Below are positions 47,906-56,557 of a DNA stretch of 64,000 nucleotides, in pieces. Source of the DNA: an uncultured Candidatus Saccharibacteria bacterium (GTDB taxonomy: Bacteria; Patescibacteriota; Minisyncoccia; Phycocordibacterales; GWA1-40-21); the NCBI GenBank assembly GCA_964567825.1, contig CAZMNX010000001.1, positions 34,775 through 98,774 of the forward strand, written 5' to 3'. A program made the translations under genes and the position numbers. The first letter of the stretch is position 1; each line of letters starts with the position of its first letter. The notes beneath the pieces are model-generated. The model searched no databases. It was given only the letters and a program-made list of their open reading frames with translations, and was not told where the DNA came from.

Positions 47906-48988
47906 ATGAATAAAACATATAAAATAGCGTTGGCGATTGTAGTCTTGATACTTATTGGATCTGCTTTATTTTGGAACGCGGGCCATAAAAGCAATAATGT
48001 GGCGGTTGGTGCCATATTATCTCTAACTGGTCCGGCTCAATATTTTGGTGAGGAAACCAAAAAGGGCATGGATTTGGCTAACCAGGACGGCGCGGTGAAT
48101 TTTGTTTACGAGGATAGCCGATCGGATGCAACTACGGCGGTCTCGGCTTATAACAAACTTAAATCACAGAATATTAAGGCCGTAGTCCTATCGCTGAGCA
48201 ATGTGGCCGAAGTGGTTGTTCCCCTAACCGAAAAAGATCAGATATTTTCTGTACAAAATCTTGTCTCGGCTAGAAAGGTTCAGGGTGATATGTCGGTACG
48301 GTTTTTCACCTCGGCTGAACAAGAAGCGCCAATCATGGCAAATTTTGCGGCGAGTAACCTGAAATTAAATAGGGTTGCGATATTAGCCAGCACCGATGCC
48401 TACGGTAAGACTTACGCTGAAGTCTTCAAAACTACTTTTGAAAATTTTGGTGGTCAGGTCGTCATAAATGAAAGTTATGACAAGAAAGACCAAGATTTCA
48501 AAACCCAGCTGGCAAAAATAAAGATTTCTGATGCCGAAGGTGTCTATATCATTGGTCTTGATACTCATTTGGTCAGTATATTCAAGCAAATGAATGAGCT
48601 TGGATTAAAACAAATTAAAATGACTAATTGGATAATGGCCTCTCCAGGCGTTCAGGCCAAAGTCGGGGCTAATAGTGAAGGTGTGTATATGACGACCCCA
48701 GATTACTATATTGCCGGCAATAAAAAAGTGGCTGATTTTACCGAAGCTTATCAGAAGAAATATGGAACGCTCCCAAGTGCTTACTCGGCTATCGGTTACG
48801 ATACAACTAGTTTGTTTAGGGAAGCAGTAAAGGGCGCAAAAAGCTCTCAGGATATTCAGAATAATTTCAAAAATATCAAGAACTTTGACGGCTTGATGGG
48901 TAAATTAAATGTAAATGAAAAGGGAGAAATAACCATTCCGCTTATTCCAGCCAAGATGGAAGGTGGAAAGATGGTTGTGATAAAATAA
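47906..48988 (+). CDS. LivJ-type substrate-binding protein 6
   Basis: TM; VGAILSLTG, YEDS, DFKT, GYD, FDGLMG. Confidence 0.88.
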   Translation: MNKTYKIALAIVVLILIGSALFWNAGHKSNNVAVGAILSLTGPAQYFGEETKKGMDLANQDGAVNFVYEDSRSDATTAVSAYNKLKSQNIKAVVLSLSNVAEVVVPLTEKDQIFSVQNLVSARKVQGDMSVRFFTSAEQEAPIMANFAASNLKLNRVAILASTDAYGKTYAEVFKTTFENFGGQVVINESYDKKDQDFKTQLAKIKISDAEGVYIIGLDTHLVSIFKQMNELGLKQIKMTNWIMASPGVQAKVGANSEGVYMTTPDYYIAGNKKVADFTEAYQKKYGTLPSAYSAIGYDTTSLFREAVKGAKSSQDIQNNFKNIKNFDGLMGKLNVNEKGEITIPLIPAKMEGGKMVVIK

Positions 48989-49005
48989 GTATCTTCACAA
49001 ATAAA

Positions 49006-49048
49006 ATAACAAAAAACTAGCCTGTAATGTGGGCTAGTTTTTTGTTAT
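49006..49048. terminator. Bidirectional terminator between SBP6 and SBP7
   Basis: ATAACAAAAAACTAGCC..GGCTAGTTTTTTGTTAT. Confidence 0.78.
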
Positions 49049-49069
49049 CTTAGATCCTATTAAACGCTA

Positions 49070-50200
49070 TTACTCCCCCAACTTCACAAACTGACCGTCT
49101 TTTACCGTCTTCATAAAGATGTTTCTGGTCACGTCTCCGTTTTGATCAAAACTAAATTTACCAGAAGCACCGTCGAAATCTTTTATTCCGAGGAGAGCTT
49201 GTTTAATTTTGTCAGTATCAGTTGCTCCAGCCTCATCTATTGCCAAAGCTATAACTTTAAGAATGTCGTGTCCAGAAGCGACGAAAAAGTCCGCTGTTTT
49301 ACCCGCACCACGTACTCGATCTGCAAAACCTTTTGAAATTACGGAATCAGACTCGTTATACATGAATGGGTAAATTATTCCCTCGATCTCTTTTGGATAT
49401 TGTTTGAGCAAGGCACCGTTTTCTGTCGCCCAAGTAGAAACATATTGAGCCTTAATACCTAGCTGATTAGCCTGAGAAATCAAAAGTCCGATAGAAGGCC
49501 CAGAGTTATGAATATCAAAAATAACATCTGGGTTTTTTGGTTTAATTCTTGTCAGCTCGGTGCGCACATCCAAACCAGGCGAGGCAAATTGCTCATCCGC
49601 CACCACCTGGCCACCAAGCTTCTCAAACTCCGCTTTAAAATCGGTATAATGTTCTTGAGTAAAAGCCGCGGTTACCCTAGCAAAAGCCACGGTCTCTACC
49701 CCACTCTCCTTTAGATAGGAAGCTAAAGGTTTAACAAGTTCTGCCGTTGTGGGTATTAACCTAAACATATAGTCGTCCTTAGTAAAGACATCTAGAGATG
49801 AGTTTGGCGAAATTACAATAATTTTCTTTTCGGTAGTATAAGGCAATATTGTCAAAGTGGTTCCATTCCAGGAATCACCGATAATCACCTTCACACCATC
49901 AACGTCTATCAGTTTTTTAGCAACGGTCAGCGCAGTGGTATTATCGGTTTTACTATCCTCAATAATCAAACTAACTTTTTGACCATCAATACCGCCATTA
50001 GCGTTTATACCAGCCAAGGCTAATTGCAAACCATTCACCAATTGCTCGCCAAAATAAGCTCCTGGGCCAGTCAGAGAGGCAATAACACCAATCTTTAACT
50101 CACCCTTATTACTTGGCTTATTAAATAAGCCAAGACCAATGATAGCAATGACCACCAGCACTATTCCTAATATTAACCATTTCTTATTCTTATTTTCCAT
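49070..50200 (-). CDS. LivJ-type substrate-binding protein 7
   Basis: TM; LKIGVIASLTG, INANGGIDG, IEDS, FDGASG..FDQNGD. Confidence 0.88.
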   Translation of the reverse strand: MENKNKKWLILGIVLVVIAIIGLGLFNKPSNKGELKIGVIASLTGPGAYFGEQLVNGLQLALAGINANGGIDGQKVSLIIEDSKTDNTTALTVAKKLIDVDGVKVIIGDSWNGTTLTILPYTTEKKIIVISPNSSLDVFTKDDYMFRLIPTTAELVKPLASYLKESGVETVAFARVTAAFTQEHYTDFKAEFEKLGGQVVADEQFASPGLDVRTELTRIKPKNPDVIFDIHNSGPSIGLLISQANQLGIKAQYVSTWATENGALLKQYPKEIEGIIYPFMYNESDSVISKGFADRVRGAGKTADFFVASGHDILKVIALAIDEAGATDTDKIKQALLGIKDFDGASGKFSFDQNGDVTRNIFMKTVKDGQFVKLGE

Positions 50201-50372
50201 GTAATTTATAAATCTTAATTAATAACAACCCTCGACATAGATAAGGATACCATGTTATAATATATTAGTCACATTTGTCTTTACACAAATTGAAGCTTGC
50301 AAAAAAGCCTTTTGTAATATAGACTTATTTAGTCGATATTTTGTCTTTTATTTCCGACATATCCAAGAAAAA

Positions 50373-51119
50373 ATGCAAATAAACAAATATAAAAATGCCC
50401 TGATTGGCTTTGGTCTTAAAGAAAACGAGGCAGATGTTTATGTTACAGCCCTCAAATTAGGCCCCACCCCCATCCTCCCCATCGCCCGAGAGACCGGCAT
50501 AAGACGAACTACCGTGTATGAAATAATAAAGTCTTTGATTGCTAAAGGACTGATCACCGCCGAACTTAAGGGGTTCAAGAAACTTTTCTGTGCTACTCAC
50601 CCCAAAAATTTGATCTCTATTTTTGAAAATAAAAGAGAAACACTAGAAACAGTGATCCCAAGCCTAACTACCCTTTACAAGACTCAAGGCAATACTGATT
50701 CAATTAAAACTTATGAAAGCCTCGAGTCTATAAAGTCACTCTATTCGGAAATACTGGACAATTTTCGTTCTGGTGATTTTTGTTATGTAATTGGTGATAC
50801 TGACAAATTTATCCAGAACGACCCTAAATTTTTCATGAAATATGTCGAGGAGAGGGCGAAGAAAAATATTGATATCAAACTTATCCTATCAGACAGTGAA
50901 ATGTCTATCGAAAGAAAGAAGTATGCGAAAAATTTTAATTCGCAAATAAGGCTTTTACCCAAAAATACTGTTCTGTCAGCAAATTTTACGGTGACAAAAA
51001 ACCTTCTTTTGACCCAAGCTGTTGGTGGGGGTCAGTTGGCAGTGACTATTAATAATCAAGAAATTATAAATCTCCAAAAGAACCTTTTTGAGGTCCTTTG
51101 GAATTCCTTGCCAGAATAA
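50373..51119 (+). CDS. TrmB-family transcriptional regulator 7
   Basis: GL..NEA.VY, IRRTTVY, YES, IRLLP, FEVLW. Confidence 0.85.
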   Translation: MQINKYKNALIGFGLKENEADVYVTALKLGPTPILPIARETGIRRTTVYEIIKSLIAKGLITAELKGFKKLFCATHPKNLISIFENKRETLETVIPSLTTLYKTQGNTDSIKTYESLESIKSLYSEILDNFRSGDFCYVIGDTDKFIQNDPKFFMKYVEERAKKNIDIKLILSDSEMSIERKKYAKNFNSQIRLLPKNTVLSANFTVTKNLLLTQAVGGGQLAVTINNQEIINLQKNLFEVLWNSLPE

Positions 51120-51120
51120 A

Positions 51121-52197
51121 CTATTTTACCTCTACGAAACCACTACCATTCCAAGTCTTAACCACCTGTTCCAAATCAAATGATCCGTCGCCCAGATATC
51201 TATATCCTCCAGATACGCCAGTAAAGTCTTGCCTCAATAGCTTCATAACCCCTGTATTTAGGCCGTCTTCTTTGATGAGGGTATTGGCAAGTTGGGTCAC
51301 AGCATCGTACAGATTATCCCCAGCTGTGGCCGGATACATATTATATTTGGCAAAATATTTATTTAGAAAATCAGCATTTTGATCTCCCACAAACAGTTGA
51401 TTATCTAGTGCACCCTCGGCAATCTTTATCTGGCCTGAAGACTCAAAATTTAAAATGCCAACTAATGGCACTTCCCAGCCAAGGTCTTGAATTTGTTTAG
51501 CAAACGAGCCGACTTGGGGCGATAAATAAACAATCACTACATCAGGTTTTGCGGATTTCAATTTGGCGATTGCTGTTCTGAAATCATTTTCGCCCTTAGC
51601 CACTGATTCATTGGCGACTATCTCATAACCAAGAGTTGGTAGCCTCTTCGCTGTTTCATCAGCGTTAGCTTTTGGTCCGTCAGCCTGATTCCAAATTATC
51701 GCTATTTTTTTGTATTTATCTTTTAGAATAAGGTTCTCTAGGGCGGTTATAAGTAACGGTGAACTTGGCACATACCTAACTACCCACTTCTTATTTAGAT
51801 TAATATCTGAGGAATTACCCAAGCCAATCATAGGAATTTCTGCCTTCTCGGCCACATACGAAGCAGCAACTGAAGCGGCTGAACTATATGTAACTAATGC
51901 TCTCACTCGATCCACCTGAATTAATTTTTGGGCGGCCGAAACGGTCAGCTTTGGATCTAGTTGATCATCCTCAAAAATAATTTCAATTTTTTCTCTCACA
52001 GCAGGAGAAAGATCAGCTAAGGCCATCTCCACCACCTTTTTACTTGCCTCTCCGGCCGCCTGAGCTGGACCGGTCAAGGGAAGAATAACGCCAATCTTTA
52101 TGGCCTCATTATTTCTGGGGTTTGAAATAGTGCCTAAATAAAACACCCCGGCAACGACCACCACCAAAATAACGACAATACTTAATGTTTTTCTCAT
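51121..52197 (-). CDS. LivJ-type substrate-binding protein 8
   Basis: TM; IKIGVILPLTG, FEDD, KLIQVD, DFRT, LYDA. Confidence 0.88.
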   Translation of the reverse strand: MRKTLSIVVILVVVVAGVFYLGTISNPRNNEAIKIGVILPLTGPAQAAGEASKKVVEMALADLSPAVREKIEIIFEDDQLDPKLTVSAAQKLIQVDRVRALVTYSSAASVAASYVAEKAEIPMIGLGNSSDINLNKKWVVRYVPSSPLLITALENLILKDKYKKIAIIWNQADGPKANADETAKRLPTLGYEIVANESVAKGENDFRTAIAKLKSAKPDVVIVYLSPQVGSFAKQIQDLGWEVPLVGILNFESSGQIKIAEGALDNQLFVGDQNADFLNKYFAKYNMYPATAGDNLYDAVTQLANTLIKEDGLNTGVMKLLRQDFTGVSGGYRYLGDGSFDLEQVVKTWNGSGFVEVK

Positions 52198-52353
52198 ATT
52201 ATATTTTTATTATTAATAGAACGACACGTAAAGCATATCAAGTAAATAGTATTTAATCTATAATAATTAGACGATTATCTTACTTTTACCAAAAAACTCT
52301 TGCTTTACATAGTTTAAAATGCTAGAATAAGTAGTCATAAATGATGACTTTTT

Positions 52354-53127
52354 ATGCAAAATACAAAAACAATTAGTTCATTGGTAGAGCTTGGCCTAGA
52401 TAAAGAAGAGGCAGAAATATATCTATATCTCACAAAAGTGGGGTCTAATAAGAAAGAAAATACGGCTTTTGCTATCGGGAAGAACCTAGGCATACCCAGA
52501 AGCTCCGCCTATTTATATATAGAGAGGCTCATGAATAAGGACCTGGTTTCATCCTACAAAATTAACAACAAAAAACATTTCTTAGCCGAAAATCCAAACA
52601 GGATCGAAAAATCTTTAGATAAAAAGAAGGAAATTCTTGGTTCAATAGTTGCTGACATAAAAAATATGGCCGAGAGTCAGGAAAAGGATTTTTCCACAAG
52701 GGTATATCGCGGTTCCGGCAGTTTAGAGCGCGTTTATGATGAAATTTTTGACAAAAGAGAGATGGCGAAATTCAAAAATATTTATGTCTTGACCAATACC
52801 CTACTCAGCAAGCTGCTACCCAAAAACTTACCGATAGAATTAGATAAAGTAAAAAAAATAAACAACATTTACACCAAAATGATCCTTATCCCTGATAAAT
52901 CAGATCTGGGCTCCTATTTCCAAAGCGACAGTCACCGAGAAGTACGGACCTTACCAGAAGGTTCTGTCTTCAACGGTTCTATTTATATTTATGGAGACAA
53001 AATGGCCCTATTTTCTCTAGACGAAAAGGACCCACTTTCTATGATCATAGAATCCCCCACAATCGTACAGATGGTCAAATCTTTCTTTTTGTGTACTTGG
53101 GAGCTACTAGACAAAAAAGTTTCCTGA
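52354..53127 (+). CDS. TrmB-family transcriptional regulator 8
   Basis: GL..EEA.IY, IPRSSAY, YRG, REVRTL, IYGDKM, FF..TW. Confidence 0.85.
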   Translation: MQNTKTISSLVELGLDKEEAEIYLYLTKVGSNKKENTAFAIGKNLGIPRSSAYLYIERLMNKDLVSSYKINNKKHFLAENPNRIEKSLDKKKEILGSIVADIKNMAESQEKDFSTRVYRGSGSLERVYDEIFDKREMAKFKNIYVLTNTLLSKLLPKNLPIELDKVKKINNIYTKMILIPDKSDLGSYFQSDSHREVRTLPEGSVFNGSIYIYGDKMALFSLDEKDPLSMIIESPTIVQMVKSFFLCTWELLDKKVS

Positions 53128-53179
53128 TAAGACTATGGCTACAATATCCCATCAATATAAACACTGAGTTTAAAAACTT

Positions 53180-54049
53180 CTACTTCCTCCCGAAAATTCC
53201 TCGCGCACGGAAGAGGAGAAAGATAATGAGTAAACCAAAGGCGATGGCGTCTTTCCACTCGCCGGAGATTTTCCAGATACCGAAATTTTCGACAAAACCC
53301 AGGAGAAAAGCACCGAGGATACCGCCAGACAAACTGCCGACTCCACCGATAATTGAGGCGATGACTCCTTTCAGAAGCAGGCTCATACCCATGGTTGGCT
53401 CGAGTCCGGTGTCAAAACCAGCCAAAATTCCGGCATAGCCAGCAATCGCCGAACCGACAAAGAAAATAATGCCGATTACTTTATTAGTATTGATGCCGAC
53501 GATACGAGAAACTTCTTCGTCGTCGCTGACAGCCTTGATCGATTTGCCAAACAAAGTAAATTTCAAAATAATTCCCAAGCCGATGGCGATAACAAAAACG
53601 GAAATAAACATGTAAAGCTGAATGTCGGTAATAATTCCTCCACCGATATCAAATATTTTAGAGACGCTGTTCTGGCGGCTTAAGGTTTGAAACTGGCTAG
53701 TGAATAAAATAGCGATAATAGCTTGGATAGCCGTGAGCAGGCCGAGAGAAGCGACCAGCAAAACCATATGTGAGCTTTTGCGGTTCCGTAGTTTGCGATA
53801 AACCAAAACTTCGGACAAATAACCAAGCAAACCAGCCACCAAAACTCCTAAAATAATACTGATTATAATCGGCCAACCTAAAATTTTCGTTAAAAAGAAA
53901 ACGGTATAACCGCCGGCCACCGCCAAGGCACCGTGCGCTAGATTAAAAAACTTAGTCGCACCGTAAATTAAGTTGAAACCAATCGCCACCAAAGCATATA
54001 GCGATCCGGCAATTAAGCTGTTGGCAATAAGTTGGGGTAAAATATCCAT
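53180..54049 (-). CDS. livH: Branched-chain amino acid-type ABC permease, LivH-like
   Basis: GSLYALVAIGFNLIYG, NLAHG, IIGGVGSL.G, LLFRARG. Confidence 0.92.
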   Translation of the reverse strand: MDILPQLIANSLIAGSLYALVAIGFNLIYGATKFFNLAHGALAVAGGYTVFFLTKILGWPIIISIILGVLVAGLLGYLSEVLVYRKLRNRKSSHMVLLVASLGLLTAIQAIIAILFTSQFQTLSRQNSVSKIFDIGGGIITDIQLYMFISVFVIAIGLGIILKFTLFGKSIKAVSDDEEVSRIVGINTNKVIGIIFFVGSAIAGYAGILAGFDTGLEPTMGMSLLLKGVIASIIGGVGSLSGGILGAFLLGFVENFGIWKISGEWKDAIAFGLLIIFLLFRARGIFGRK

Positions 54050-54055
54050 AGAATA

Positions 54056-54529
54056 TTACATAATTGCAAGGAAACCGCCGTAGCCAATGATGACCAGTAG
54101 ATAAATCAATTTAAAGACTTTTTGAGCCCAGGAATGAGGATTACCCTTTATATTAATGGCGGTGTAGACGATCATCAAAATAGTAAACAAGGAAAAATAA
54201 CCATAGGCCAAGTTGGAATTAAATTTAGCCGCCACTAAACCAATAGCGTTTAGAACAAAAAGATTTCCGGTGGTGTTTGTAAACCAACCAAAGACATCCC
54301 AAACATAGGTGTCCTTCCAATAACCAATTTTAGAATAGGCTAAGCTGGCGACATACAATAAAGGTATAGCTAAAACCAATTGGAAAATTACTAACTCGGA
54401 AAAACGATTGGGGTCTAGAGTTATTATTAAGGTTAGGACAAAAAATAACGAACCCATCATGAAACTGTTGATGGTCACCTTATTAGCGGACTTTTGGGGA
54501 TTGGTACTAAATAATTTTATAGAAGGCAT
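54056..54529 (-). CDS. Multi-TM hypothetical membrane protein
   Basis: ~5 TM helices; QLVLAIP motif shared with next ORF; 6 nt from livH. Confidence 0.7.
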   Translation of the reverse strand: MPSIKLFSTNPQKSANKVTINSFMMGSLFFVLTLIITLDPNRFSELVIFQLVLAIPLLYVASLAYSKIGYWKDTYVWDVFGWFTNTTGNLFVLNAIGLVAAKFNSNLAYGYFSLFTILMIVYTAINIKGNPHSWAQKVFKLIYLLVIIGYGGFLAIM

Positions 54530-54555
54530 AATTTTCTTTATTAATAATACTTAAT

Positions 54556-55056
54556 CTAATACACGCCGAGAATTGGTAAAACTCCGAGAAAAACGATCAG
54601 AGAAATATGAACAATTTCTCTAAAAATTCTTCGTTTCAAGTTTTGGGGCTTATAGGAAACGACGATACTGGCTCTAACCAGGGTAAGTGCCGTATTGACC
54701 CCAAGAAAAACTAGGGAAATATAGACGGCCGAAATGAAAGAAAGCAAGAGGCCAATCGAGTTTATAAAAAAACCATAAGCGATAGTAAAGCTAATAAAAC
54801 CCAACTTTGTCCAACGATGAGAATCGGAATAAACCGCTTCTTTTATTCTGGCTAGCAAGCCACACATAAAAAATGGGACAGCCAAAACTAACTGTAAAGT
54901 AAAAAATGGATTGCTAGAAATTATTTCTGGTTTAATTGTAGCGACTAAACCAAAAAGGGTGATGCAGATACCGAGCAAGGTGACATCGATCAGGTTTCGA
55001 GTGTCGGTTTTAAATCTACTTCTCTCCTTCTTTTTTAAAGCATCGTCTTCTGGCAT
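54556..55056 (-). CDS. Multi-TM hypothetical membrane protein (paralog of 54056-54529)
   Basis: ~5 TM helices; QLVLAVP and N.IGL motifs. Confidence 0.7.
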   Translation of the reverse strand: MPEDDALKKKERSRFKTDTRNLIDVTLLGICITLFGLVATIKPEIISSNPFFTLQLVLAVPFFMCGLLARIKEAVYSDSHRWTKLGFISFTIAYGFFINSIGLLLSFISAVYISLVFLGVNTALTLVRASIVVSYKPQNLKRRIFREIVHISLIVFLGVLPILGVY

Positions 55057-55059
55057 GGT

Positions 55060-55413
55060 TTAGCTTTGTAAATCTAAATCCTCGAATGGAGTAGCAAGAC
55101 CTTTTGGTTTAAAATCTGGCGCCACCTCTAGGGCCGCCACCATCGTCCTCCCATTTTCGATTTGTCTTTGCATTAATAAAATAGACTCGTTTAGCTCATG
55201 AATTGCCTTCTCCTGTTCTATTATAAGCTGATTGACGGTCTCGATCGCCTCAAGTCTAGATATCTCATGAATATCGTCAATACCGTCATCACAAGTATCG
55301 ATGGTTACCGTATCACCAGAATAAAGAACCTTAACGCTACCTCTCTCACTATTAGTCCTAAAAATGGCCATTTTATTTACAAATTTTTCTCCTGTTGGTG
55401 CGGCTTCGTTCAT
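55060..55413 (-). CDS. Hypothetical protein
   Basis: 117-aa ORF with a coiled coil. Confidence 0.55.
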   Translation of the reverse strand: MNEAAPTGEKFVNKMAIFRTNSERGSVKVLYSGDTVTIDTCDDGIDDIHEISRLEAIETVNQLIIEQEKAIHELNESILLMQRQIENGRTMVAALEVAPDFKPKGLATPFEDLDLQS

Positions 55414-55487
55414 TTTTATTTAAAATTATTCTAATAAATCAATTTTTATAACTCCATTCTACTCTCCCTGCTTTATTATGCAAATTT

Positions 55488-55513
55488 TAAAGAGCTCGAC
55501 CGAAGTCGAGCCC
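55488..55513 (-). terminator. Terminator hairpin closing the GC islet 55.5-57.1 kb
   Basis: GGGCTCGAC-TTCG-GTCGAGCTC-TTTT. Confidence 0.72.
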
Positions 55514-55583
55514 TGTTGATAGTGGTTCCGGACATATCAGGTCCGTTGCAGAGTAATCTGCGTAGAAGTTAGGAAAAGGACCG

Positions 55584-56405
55584 CTAGTCCTTCATGAGGA
55601 TCTCGAGCGCCGCCGCCCAATCCTTGGTGCCGTCCGCGTTCATCGGCGCGTGCATCATGACCGTCTTCGCCCCATCGATCTTCACCGAGAAGGACGAGTA
55701 GTAGTCAAATGCCGCCGAGAACGGATCCGCGTGATGGTTCAAGTCGGTGACCACCGCAACAAACTTGGCTCCACGATGCGCCGCCTCGACCATGAGGAGA
55801 ACACCGTAGGGAACGAGCTCGCCGAGCTTGAAGTTGCTGCCCATTGTCTTGGAAGACATCGGGAGATGCAAGTCCGTGAGAACGACGTCGAACTTCTCGC
55901 TGCCGAGAGTCTTCATCGCTTCCTCGTAGCCCGTCGCCGTCGTGAGCTTCTGTCCGGCCAGGCCAGACTTCGCGCTCACGATGTGTGTGGCCGTATCGTC
56001 GATGACGAGGATGCGGAGAGCATCAGGGCGGAGAGGAACTGCTTCCTCAACCACTTTGGCCACCGGAACTTCCAGCGGTTGGAGTCTCGCACGAATCCCG
56101 TTGATGACATCAACGAGACCAACCAGGATATTCACCGTGGGGATGATCAAGCAGTTCTCGGGCAACCGCAAGCGCTCCTCACGATTCGACAGCCTGAGGC
56201 AGGCGTACGACTTCTCCTGGCTGTACCCACGCTCAATCTCACGCACGTCTGTGAAGATGACGAGATCCGCCTCGTCCACCGTTTCCACGAACACATGCGA
56301 AGTTTCGTTGCCGACGATCGGCAAGACCTGCTTGATCGAGCGTGGGAGGGGTCCGTCCTCCATCGCGAGACGAATTCGAACCGGTCGGTTTGTTGTTGTG
56401 CTCAT
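55584..56405 (-). CDS. GC-rich protein with a C-terminal response-regulator receiver-like domain
   Basis: Start MSTTTN with SD AGAAAGG; ILVIDD and FDVVLTDLHLP receiver motifs. Confidence 0.75.
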   Translation of the reverse strand: MSTTTNRPVRIRLAMEDGPLPRSIKQVLPIVGNETSHVFVETVDEADLVIFTDVREIERGYSQEKSYACLRLSNREERLRLPENCLIIPTVNILVGLVDVINGIRARLQPLEVPVAKVVEEAVPLRPDALRILVIDDTATHIVSAKSGLAGQKLTTATGYEEAMKTLGSEKFDVVLTDLHLPMSSKTMGSNFKLGELVPYGVLLMVEAAHRGAKFVAVVTDLNHHADPFSAAFDYYSSFSVKIDGAKTVMMHAPMNADGTKDWAAALEILMKD

Positions 56406-56440
56406 TGGCACTTTTCCTTTCTGTTGTTGTAAAGATCTTT

Positions 56441-56491
56441 TCCGTTTCGTCCTTTTGGACTCATCAGGTAAAGTACTCACTTTACTACGGA
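56441..56491 (-). ncRNA. Type III hammerhead ribozyme
   Basis: UCCG-UA^GUAAAGU-GAGU-ACUUUAC-CUGAUGA-GUCC-AAAA-GGAC-GAA-A-CGGA: complete core with three perfect stems; GUA cleavage triplet. Confidence 0.9.
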
Positions 56492-56557
56492 GGGGCATTT
56501 ACTATGGCGCCCCAGATGCCATGAAAGTTTCTTAGCACTTACAACAGATGAAGGTCC

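Noticed and set aside
33864-53127. TrmB C-terminal domains as active phospholipase D-type nucleases (defence array)
   Set aside because: No HxK catalytic motif is consistently visible; a regulatory effector-binding role fits better
56406-56498. N-terminal 31-aa extension of the receiver-domain ORF in the ORF track (55584..56498)
   Set aside because: It runs through the hammerhead ribozyme; the SD-preceded ATG at 56405 is the better start
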